Shown: positions 52,001 to 64,000 of the stretch, piece after piece | Position numbering within the stretch: position 1 is the first letter of the stretch | Layout: the number at the start of each line of letters is the position of its first letter | NCBI GenBank assembly: GCA_964016885.1 | Contig: OZ024743.1 | Coordinates: 240,994,001 to 241,058,000, forward strand | Origin: Eledone cirrhosa | Lineage: Eukaryota | Direction: 5' to 3' | Length of the DNA stretch: 64,000 nucleotides | Notes under the pieces: generated by a model | The model's database searches: none | What the model saw: the letters and a program-made list of their open reading frames with translations, nothing else | What the model was told of the DNA's origin: nothing | Program-made: the position numbers and the translations under genes

Positions 52001-55000
52001 AACAAAACGCTATCACCACCACCATCAACAACAACATCATCATCGCAACCAACAACAAAACCCTATCACCACCACCATCAACAACAACATCATCACCACA
52101 ACCAACAACAACATCATCACCACAACCAACAACAACATCATCATCACAACCAACAACAAAACCATATCACCACCACCATCAACAACAACATCATCACAAC
52201 CAACAACAAAACCTTATCACCATCACCATCAACAACAACATCATCACCACCAACAACAACAAAACCCTATCACCACCACGATCAACAAAAACATCATCAC
52301 AACAACCAACAACAAAACACTATCACCACCACCATCAACAACAACATCATCACAACAACAAACAACAAAACACTATCATCACCACCATCAACAACAACAT
52401 CATCATCACAACCAACAACAAAACCCTATCACCACCACCATCAACAACAACATCATCACAACAACCAACAACAAAACCCTATCACCACCATCATCAACAA
52501 TGACATTATCACAACCAACAACAAAACCCTATCACAACCACCATCAACAACAACATCATCATCACAACGAACAACAAACACTATCACCACCACCATCAAC
52601 AACAACATTATCACAACAACAAACAACAAAACCCTATCACCACCACCATCAACAACGACATCATCACAACCAACAACAAAACCCTATCACCACCACTATC
52701 AACAACGACATCATCACAACCAACAACAAAACCCTATCAACAACCACCATCAACAACAACATTATCGTCACAACGAACAACAAACACTATCACCACCACC
52801 ATCAACAACAACATTATCACAACAACCAACAACAAAACACTATCACCACCACCATCAAGAACAACATCATCACAACAACAAACAACAAAACCCTATCACC
52901 ACCACCATCAACAACAACATCATCATCACAACCAAAACAAACCCCTATCACCACCACCACCAACAACAACATCATCACAACAACCAACAACAAAACGCTA
53001 TCACCACCACCATCAACAACAACATCATCATCCTAACCAACAACAAAACCCTATCACCACCACCATCAATAACAACATCATCACCACAACCAACAACAAC
53101 ATATTCACCACAACCAACAACAACATCATCATCACAACCAACGACAAAACCCTATCACCACCACCATCAACAACAACATCATCACAACAACCAACAACAA
53201 AACCCTATCACCACAACCATCAACAGCAACAACATCATCACAACCAACAACAAAACCCTATCACCACCACCATCAACAACAACATCATCATCACAAACAA
53301 CAACAAAACCCTATCACCACCACTACCAACAACAACATCATCACAACAACCAACAACAAAACCCTATCACCACAACCATCAACAATAACATCATCACAAC
53401 AACCAACAACAAAACCCTACCATCACCACCATCAACAACAACATCATCACAACAACCAACAACAAAACCCTATCACCACCACCATCAACAACAACATCAT
53501 CATCACAACCAACAACAAAACCCTATCACCACCACCATCAACAACAACATCATCACAACAACCAACAACAAAACCCTATCACCACCACCATCAACAACAT
53601 CATCACCACAATCAACAACAAAACCCTATCACCACCACCATCAACAACAACATCATCACAACAACCAACAACAAAACCCTATCACCACCACCATCAACAA
53701 TGACATCATCACAACCAACAACAAAACCCTATCACAACCACCATCAACAACAACATCATCATCACAACGAACAACAAACACTATCACCACCACCATCAAC
53801 AACAACATTATCACAACAACCAACAACAAAACACTATCACCACCACCATCAACAACAACATCATCACAACAACAAACAACAAAACCCTATCACCACCACC
53901 ATCAACAACGACATCATCACAACTAACAACAAAACCGTATCACCACCACCATCAACAACAACATCATCACAACAACCAACAACAAAACCCTATCACCACG
54001 ACCACCAACAACAACATCATCATCACAACCAAAACAAACCCCTATCACCACCACCATCAACAACAACATCATCACAACAACCAACAACAAAACACTATCA
54101 CCACCACCATCAACAACAACATCATCACAACAACAAACAACAAAACATTATCACCACCACCATCAACAACAACATCATTACAACAACCAACAGCAAAACC
54201 CTATCACCACCACCATCAACAACGACATCATCACAACCAACAACAAAACACTATCACAACCACCATCAACAACAACATTATCATCACAACGAACAACAAA
54301 CACTATCACCACCACCATCAACAACAACATCATCACAACAACCAACAACAAAACCCTATCACCACCACCATCAACAATAACATCATCACAACAAACAACA
54401 ACAAAACCCTATCACCACCACTATCAACAACAACATCATCACCACAACCATCAACAAAACCCTATCACCACCACCATCAACAACAACATCATCACAACAA
54501 CCAACAACAAAACCCTATCACCACCACCATCAACAACAACATCATCATCACAACCAACAACAAAACCCTATCAACAACAACATCATCATCACAACCAACA
54601 ACAAAACCCTGTCACCACCACCATCAACAACAACATCATCATCACAACCAACAACAAAACCCTATCACCACCACCATCAACAATAACATCATCACAACAA
54701 CCAACAACAAAACCCTATCACCACCACCATCAACAACAACATCATCATCACAACAACCAACAACAAAACACTATCACCACCACCATCAACAACAACATCA
54801 TCATCACAAACAACAACGAAACCCTATTTCCACCGCCATCAACAACAACATCATCACAACAACAAACAATAAAACCCTATCACCATCAACAACAACATCA
54901 CCACAATCAACAACAAAACACTATCACCACCGCCATCATCAACAACATCATCATCACAACCAACAACAAAACCCTATCACAACCACCATCAACAACAACA

Positions 55001-58000
55001 TAATAACAACAACCAGCAACAAAACCGTATCACCATCAACAACAACATCATCACAACCAACAACAAAAACCTATCACCAAGACCATCAACAACAACATCA
55101 TCACAATCAACAACAAAACCCTATCACCACCTCCATCAACAACAACATCATCACAACAACCAACAACAAAACCCTATCACCACCACCATCAACAAAAACA
55201 TCATCAGAACAACCAACAACTAAACCTTATCACCACCACCATCAACAACAACATCATCACAACAACCAACAACATAAAACCCTATCACCACCACCATCAA
55301 CAACAACAACATCATCACAACAACCAAAACAAAACCCTATCACCACCACCATCAACAAAAACATCATCACAACAACCAACAACAAAACCCTATCACCACC
55401 ACCATCAACAATAACATCATCATCACAACCAACAACAAAACGCTATCACCACCACCATCAACAACAACATCATCACCACAACCAACAACAAAACCCTATC
55501 ACCACCACCATCAACAAAAACATCATCACAACAACCAACAACAAAACTCGATCACCACCACCATCAACAACAACATCATCACCACAACCAACAACAAAAC
55601 CCTATCACCACCACCATCAACAACAACATCATCACAACAACCAACAACAAAACCCTATCACCACCACCATCAACAACAACATCACCACAATCAACAACAA
55701 AACACTATCTCCACCACCATCAACAACAACATCATCATCACAAACAACAACGAAACCCTATCACCACCGCCATCAACAACAACATCATCAGAACAACCAA
55801 CAACAAAACCCTATCACCATCAACAACAACATCACCACAATCAACAACAAAACACTATCACCACCGCCATCATCAACAACATCATCATCACAACCAACAA
55901 CAAAACCCTATCACAACCACCATCAACAACAACATAATAACAACAACCAGCAACAAAACCGTATCACCATCAACAACAACATCATCACAACCAACAAAAA
56001 AACCCTATCACCAAGACCATCAACAACAACATCATCACAATCAATAACAAAACCCTATCACCACCTCCATCAACAACAACATCATCACAACAACCAACAA
56101 CAAAACCCTATCACCACCACCATCAACAAAAACATCATCAGAACAACCAACAACTAAACCTTATCACCACCACCATCAACAACAACATCATCACAACAAC
56201 CAACAACATAAAACCCTATCACCACCACCATCAACAACAACATCATCACAACAACCAAAACAAAACCCTATCACCACCACCATCAACAAAAACATCATCA
56301 CAACAACCAACAACAAAACCCTATCACCACCACCATCAACAATAACATCATCATCACAACCAACAACAAAACCCTATCACCACCACCATCAACAACAACA
56401 TCATCACCACAACCAACAACAAAACCCTATCACCACCACCATCAACAAAAACATCATCACAACAACCAACAACAAAACTCGATCACCACCACCATCAACA
56501 ACAACATCATCACCACAACCAACAACAAAACCCTATCACCACCACCATCAACAAAAACATCATAACAACAACCAACAACAAAACCCTATCACCACCACGA
56601 TCAACAACAACATAATCACCACAACCAACAACAAACACTATCACCACCACCATAACAACAACATCATCACAACAACCACCAACAAAACCCTATCACCACC
56701 ACCATCAACAACAATATCATCACAACAACCAACAACAAACACGATCACCACCACCATCAACAACAACATCATCACAACAACCAACAACAAAACGCTATCA
56801 CCACCACCATCAACAACAACATCATCATCGCAACCAACAACAAAACCCTATCACCACCACCATCAACAACAACATCATCACCACAACCAACAACAACATC
56901 ATCACCACAAGCAACAACAACATCATCATCACAACCAACAACAAAACCATATCACCACCACCATCAACAACAACATCATCACAACCAACAACAAAACCTT
57001 ATCACCATCACCATCAACAACAACATCATCACCACCAACAACAACAAAACCCTATCACCACCACGATCAACAAAAACATCATCACAACAACCAACAACAA
57101 AACACTATCACCACCACCATCAACAACAACATCATCACAACAACAAACAACAAAACACTATCATCACCACCATCAACAACAACATCATCATCACAACCAA
57201 CAACAAAACCCTATCACCACCACCATCAACAACAACATCATCACAACAACCAACAACAAAACCCTATCACCACCACCATCAACAATGACATCATCACAAC
57301 CAACAACAAAACCCTATCACAACCACCATCAACAACAACATCATCATCACAACGAACAACAAACACTATCACCACCACCATCAACAACAACATTATCACA
57401 ACAACCAACAACAAAACCCTATCACCACCACCATCAACAGCAACATCATCACCACAACCAACAACAAAACCCTATCACCACCACCATCAACAACAACATC
57501 ACCACAATCAACAACAAAACACTATCACCACCACCATCAACAACAACATCATCATCACAAACAACAACGAAACCCTATCACCACCGCCATCAACAACAAC
57601 ATTATCACAACAACCAACAATAAAACCCTATCACCATCAACAACAACATCACCACAATCAACAACAAAACACTATCACCACCGCCATCATCAACAACATC
57701 ATCATCACAACCAACAACAAAACCCTATCACAACCACCATCAACAACAACATAATAACAACAACCAGCAACAAAACCGTATCACCATCAACAACAACATC
57801 ATCACAACCAACAACAAAACCCTATCACCAAGACCATCAACAACAACATCATCACAATCAACAACAAAACCCTATCACCACCTCCATCAACAACAACATC
57901 ATCACAACAACCAACAACAAAACCCTATCACCACCACCATCAACAAAAACATCATCAGAACAACCAACAACTAAACCTTATCACCACCACCATCAACAAC

Positions 58001-61000
58001 AACATCATCACAACAACCAACAACATAAAACCCTATCACCACCACCATCAACAACAACATCATCACAACAACCAAAACAAAACCCTATCAACACCACCAT
58101 CAACAAAAACATCATCACAACAACCAACAACAAAACCCTATCACCACCACCATCAACAATAACATCATCATCACAACCAACAACAAAACGCTATCACCAC
58201 CACCATCAACAACAACATCATCACCACAACCAACAACAAAACCCTATCACCACCACCATCAACAAAAACATCATCACAACAACCAACAACAAAACTCGAT
58301 CACCACCACCATCAACAACAACATCATCACCACAACCAACAACAAAACCCTATCACCACCACCATCAACAACAACATCATCACAACAACCAACAACAAAA
58401 CCCTATCACCACCACCATCAACAACAACATCACCACAATCAACAACAAAACACTATCACCACCACCATCAACAACAACATCATCATCACAAACAACAACG
58501 AAACCCTATCACCACCGCCATCAACAACAACATCATCACAACAACCAACAACAAAACCCTATCACCATCAACAACAACATCACCACAATCAACAACAAAA
58601 CACTATCACCACCGCCATCATCAACAACATCATCATCACAACCAACAACAAAACCCTATCACAACCACCATCAACAACAACATAATAACAACAACCAGCA
58701 ACAAAACCGTATCACCATCAACAACAACATCATCACAACCAACAAAAAAACCCTATCACCAAGACCATCAACAACAACATCATCACAATCAACAACAAAA
58801 CCCTATCACCACCTCCATCAACAACAACATCATCACAACAACCAACAACAAAACCCTATCACCACCACCATCAACAAAAACATCATCACAACAACCAACA
58901 ACAAAACACTATCACCACCACCATCAACAACAACATCATCACAACAACAAACAACAAAACACTATCATCACCACCATCAACAACAACATCATCATCACAA
59001 CCAAGAACAAAACCCTATCACCACCACCATCAACAACAACATCATCACAACAACCAACAACAAAACCCTATCACCACCACCATCAACAATGACATCATCA
59101 CAACCAACAACAAAACCCTATCACAACCACCATCAACAACAACATCATCATCACAACGAACAACAAACACTATCACCACCACCATCAACAACAACATTAT
59201 CACAACAACCAACAACAAAACACTATCACCACCACCATCAACAACAACATCATCACAACAACAAACAACAAAACCCTATCACCACCACCATCAACAACGA
59301 CATCATCACAACCAACAACAAAACCCTATCACCACCACCATCAACAACGACATCATCACAACAACCAACAACAAAACCCTATCACAACCACCATCAACAA
59401 CAACATTATCATCACAACGAACAACAAACACTATCACCACCACCATCAACAACAACATTATCACAACAACCAACAACAAAACCCTATCACCACCACCATC
59501 AACAGCAACATCATCACCACAACCAACAACAAAACCCTATCACCACCACCATCAACAACAACATCACCACAATCAACAACAAAACACTATCACCACCACC
59601 ATCAACAACAACATCATCATCACAAACAACAACGAAACCCTATCACCACCGCCATCAACAACAACATCATCACAACAACCAACAACAAAACCCTATCACC
59701 ATCAACAACAACATCACCACAATCAACAACAAAACACTATCACCACCGCCATCATCAACAACATCATCATCACAACCAACAACAAAACCCTATCACAACC
59801 ACAATCAACAACAACATAATAACAACAACCAGCAACAAAACCGTATCACCATCAACAACATCATCACAACAACCACCAACAAAACCCTATCACCACCACC
59901 CTCAACAACAATATCATCACAACAACCAACAACAAACACGATCACCACCACCATCAACAACAACATCATCACAACAACCAACAACAAAACGCTATCACCA
60001 CCACCATCAACAACAACATCATCATCGCAACCAACAACAAAACCCTATCACCACCACCATCAACAACAACATCATCATCACAACCAACAACAAAACCCTG
60101 TCACCACCACCATCAACAACAACATCATTATCACAACCAACAACAAAACCCTATCACCACCACCATCAACAACAACATCATCACAACAACCAACAACAAA
60201 ACACTATCACCACCACCATCAACAACAACATCATCATCACAACCAAAAACAAAACCCTGTCACCACCACCATCAACAACAACATCATCATCACAACCAAC
60301 AACAAAACCCTATCACCACCACCATCAACAACAACATCATCATCACAACCAACAACAAAACACTATCACCACCACCATCAACAACAACATCATCACAACA
60401 ACCAACAACAAAACACTATCACCACCACCATCAACAACAACATCATCATCACAACCAACAACAAAACCCTATCACCACCACCATCAACAACAACATCATC
60501 ACAACAACCAACAACAAAACACTATCACCACCACCATCAACAACAACATCATCATCACAACCAACAACAAAACCCTATCACCACCACTAGCAACAACAAC
60601 ATCATCACCACAACCAACAACAAAACCCTATCACCACCACCATCAACAACAACATCATCATCACAACCAACAACAAAACCCTATCACCACCACCATCAAC
60701 AATAACATCATCACAACAACCAACAACAAAACCCTATCACCACCACCATCTACAACAACATCATCACAACCAACAACAAAACCCTATCACCACCACCATC
60801 AACAACAACAACATCACAACAACCTACAACAAAACACTATCACCACCACCATCAACAACAACATCATCATCACAAACAACAACAAAACCCTATCACCACC
60901 GCCATCAACAACAACATCATCACAACAACCAACAACAAAACCCTATCACCACCACCATCAACAACAACATCATCATCACAACCAACAACAAAACCCTATC

Positions 61001-63150
61001 ACCACCACCATCAACAATAACGTCATCACCACAACCAACAACAAAACCCTATCACCACCACCATCAACAACAACATCATCACAACAACCTACAACAAAAC
61101 ACTATCACCACCACCATCAACAACAACATCATCATCACAACCAACAACAAAACCCTATCACCACCACCATCAACAACAACATCATCACAACAACCAACAA
61201 CAAAACACTATCACCACCACCATCAACAACAACATCATCATCACAACCAACAACAAAACCCTATCACCACCACCATCAACAACAACATCATCACAACAAC
61301 CAACAACAAAACACTATCACCACCACCATCAACAACAACATCATCATCACAACCAACAACAAAACCCTATCACCACCACCATCAACAACAACATCATCAC
61401 AACAACCAACAACAAAACACTATCACCACCACCATCAACAACAACATCATCATCACAACCAACAACAAAACCCTATCACCACCACCATCAACAACAACAT
61501 CATCACCACAACCAACAACAAAACCCTATCACCAAGACCATCAACAACAACATCATCACAATCAACAACAAAACCCTATCACCACCTCCATCAACAACAA
61601 CATCATCACAACAACCAACAACAAAACCCTATCACCACCACCATCAACAAAAACATCATCAGAACAACCAACAACTAAACCTTATCACCACCACCATCAA
61701 CAACAACATCATCACAACAACCAACAACATAAAACCCTATCACCACCACCATCAACAACAACATCATCACAACAACCAAAACAAAACCCTATCAACACCA
61801 CCATCAACAAAAACATCATCACAACAACCAACAACAAAACCCTATCACCACCACCATCAACAATAACATCATCATCACAACCAACAACAAAACGCTATCA
61901 CCACCACCATCAACAACAACATCATCACCACAACCAACAACAAAACCCTATCACCACCACCATCAACAAAAACATCATCACAACAACCAACAACAAAACT
62001 CGATCACCACCACCATCAACAACAACATCATCACCACAACCAACAACAAAACCCTATCACCACCACCATCAACAACAACATCATCACAACAACCAACAAC
62101 AAAACCCTATCACCACCACCATCAACAACAACATCACCACAATCAACAACAAAACACTATCACCACCACCATCAACAACAACATCATCATCACAAACAAC
62201 AACGAAACCCTATCACCACCGCCATCAACAACAACATCATCACAACAACCAACAACAAAACCCTATCACCACCACCATCAACAAAAACATCATCACAACA
62301 ACCAACAACAAAACACTATCACCACCACCATCAACAACAACATCACCACAATCAACAACAAAACACTATCACCACCGCCATCATCAACAACATCATCATC
62401 ACAACCAACAACAAAACCCTATCACAACCACCATCAACAACAACATAATAACAACAACCAGCAACAAAACCGTATCACCATCAACAACAATATCATCACA
62501 ACCAACAAAAAAACCCTATCACCAAGACCATCAACAACAACATCATCACAATGAACAACAAAACCCTATCACCACCTCCATCAACAACAACATCATCACA
62601 ACAACCAACAACAAAACCCTATCACCACCACCATCAACAAAAACATCATCAGAACAACCAACAACTAAACCTTATCACCACCACCATCAACAACAACATC
62701 ATCACAACAACCAACAACATAAAACCCTATCACCACCACCATCAACAACAACATCATCACAACAACCAAAACAAAACCCTATCACCACCACCATCAACAA
62801 AAACATCATCACAACAACCAACAACAAAACCCTATCACCACCACCATCAACAATAACATCATCATCACAACCAACAACAAAACCCTATCACCACCACCAT
62901 CAACAACAACATCATCACCACAACCAACAACAAAACCCTATCACCACCACCATCAACAAAAACATCATCACAACAACCAACAACAAACCCTATCACCACC
63001 ACCATCAACAAAAACATCATCACAACAACCAACAACAAAACCCTATCACCACCACCATCAACAAAAACATCATCACAACAACCAACAACAAAACTCGATC
63101 ACCACCACCATCAACAACAACATCATCACCACAACCAACAACAAAACCCT
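49100..63150 (+). repeat. ~931-bp higher-order unit present as four tandem pairs
   Basis: The CCAAGACC G is at 49372/50303 (931), 55081/56015 (934), 57832/58763 (931) and 61536/62526 (990). It is accompanied by ACCTCC, ATCAGAAC, CTAAACCTT, CATAAAAC and AACTCGAT variants in the same order. Confidence 0.8.
61095..61500 (+). repeat. Local 106-bp A/B dimer run
   Basis: The AAAACACTAT variant A is at 61101, 61207, 61313 and 61419 (period 106), with type A and type B monomers strictly alternating. Confidence 0.8.
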
Positions 63151-64000
63151 ATCACCACCACCATCAACAACAATATCATCACAACAACCAACAACAAAAC
63201 CCTATCACCACCACCATCAACAACAACATAATCACCACAACCAACAATAAACACTATCACCACCACCATCAACAACAACATCATCACAACAACCAACAAC
63301 AAACCCTATCACCACCACGATCAACAACAACATAATCACCACAACCAACAACAAACACTATCACCACCAGCATAACAACAACATCATCACAACAACCACC
63401 AACAAAACCCTATCACCACCACCATCAACAACAATATCATCACAACAACCAACAACAAACACGATCACCACCACCATCAACAACAACATCATCACAACAA
63501 CCAACAACAAAACGCTATCACCACCACCATCAACAACAACATCATCATCGCAACCAACAACAAAACCCTATCACCACCACCATCAACAACAACATCATCA
63601 CCACAACCAACAACAACATCATCACCACAAGCAACAACAACATCATCATCACAACCAACAACAAAACCATATCACCACCACCATCAACAACAACATCATC
63701 ACAACCAACAACAAAACCTTATCACCATCACCATCAACAACAACATCATCACCACCAACAACAACAAAACCCTATCACCACCACGATCAACAAAAACATC
63801 ATCACAACAACCAACAACAAAACACTATCACCACCACCATCAACAACAACATCATCACAACAACAAACAACAAAACACTATCATCACCACCATCAACAAC
63901 AACATCATCATCACAACCAAGAACAAAACCCTATCACCACCACGATCAACAAAAACATCATCACAACAACCAACAACAAAACACTATCACCACCACCATC

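Larger units (their letters stand above)
1..64000 (+). repeat. Tandem satellite array, 53-bp monomer (AAAACCCTATCACCACCACCATCAACAACAACATCATCATCACAACCAACAAC), ~1,200 head-to-tail copies, running off both window edges
   Basis: The CCCT anchor ends at 40 and again at 93 (period 53). Translations cycle through a 53-aa unit (KTLSPPPSTTTSSSQPTT / KPYHHHHQQQHHHHNQQQ / NPITTTINNNIIITTNN), which is 3 x 53 nt. The same monomer and orientation are seen throughout, with no unique spacer sequence. Confidence 0.98.
41450..64000 (+). repeat. Right, more diverged satellite domain with multi-kb reshuffled higher-order blocks
   Basis: There are many more substitutions and length variants per monomer. The CACGATC/ACGCT/ATCGCA cassette has its G at 42370, 47661, 50813, 51958, 56743, 59940 and 63463. 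The AATGAC ATG is at 42859, 48150, 51355, 52500, 53700, 57285 and 59089. Consistent offsets are 5291, 1145, 5930 and 6720. Confidence 0.8.

Noticed and set aside
50442-59987. Short - strand Val/Leu/Met-rich hydrophobic ORFs resembling membrane peptides
   Set aside because: They are the reverse-complement reading of GTT/GTG/ATG triplets, extended only where local indels skip the recurring TGA/TAG.
11347-62856. All + strand ORFs in the track (mucin-like or His/Gln-rich proteins up to 740 aa)
   Set aside because: They are pure translations of the satellite. Starts and stops come from sporadic point variants, overlapping frames give the same peptide cycle, and there is no unique domain, signal peptide or splice context. 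Frameshifting indels are tolerated.
1-64000. CRISPR array or other repeat-spacer system
   Set aside because: There are no unique spacers, no palindromic repeat, no leader and no cas genes. The units are contiguous near-identical monomers.
1-64000. Canonical telomerase-synthesised telomere tract
   Set aside because: AAACCCT never occurs in tandem and appears only once per 53 bp. Variants are inherited in kb-scale blocks, which indicates DNA-level duplication rather than templated addition.
1-64000. Sequencing noise or a synthetic low-complexity artefact
   Set aside because: Rare variants recur in ordered haplotypes at constant offsets with nested structure, which random error would not produce. 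Individual near-perfect duplications could still be assembly errors.
1-64000. Strict array-wide A/B dimer (106 bp) or trimer (159 bp) higher-order repeat
   Set aside because: A and B often alternate, but AA and BB runs are common. Strict 106-bp periodicity is only local (e.g. 61.1-61.5 kb), and the 159-nt period in the translations is just frame arithmetic.
1-64000. Embedded transposon, inversion, hairpin or structured RNA gene
   Set aside because: I found no non-satellite insert and no GT-rich (inverted) segment on the + strand. A nearly G-free strand cannot form stable stems.

Overview
The whole 64 kb window is one uninterrupted, single-orientation tandem satellite array with a 53-bp monomer, roughly 1,200 copies (64000/53). 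The + strand consensus is AAAACCCT-ATC-(ACC)3-ATC-(AAC)3 followed by either (ATC)3-ACA-ACC (type A) or (ATC)2-(ACA)2-ACC (type B), then (AAC)2. The monomer is a mosaic of short trinucleotide microsatellites anchored by one AAACCCTA motif, which is a permutation of the plant-type telomere repeat (CCCTAAA) and equals the plant telo-box core. The + strand has no G in the consensus, so the - strand is GT-rich and has no C. I see no unique sequence, gene, RNA gene, transposon or CRISPR array. The listed ORFs are by-products of a G-free strand that has no stops in its consensus. Rare point variants recur at fixed offsets and reveal nested higher-order duplications (106, 371, 427, 580, ~931, 1145, ~1321, 2049, 2162, ~4640-5005 and ~5290-6720 bp). 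They also define three domains: a fairly homogeneous left domain (1-~35 kb), a middle domain with CTAAACCCTA-bearing, mostly 56-bp variants (~35.5-41 kb), and a more diverged right domain (~41.5-64 kb) that contains a derived 24-bp sub-repeat. The source is most likely eukaryotic (sub)telomeric or heterochromatic DNA, but the organism cannot be determined from this sequence. All offsets were counted by hand from marker variants.
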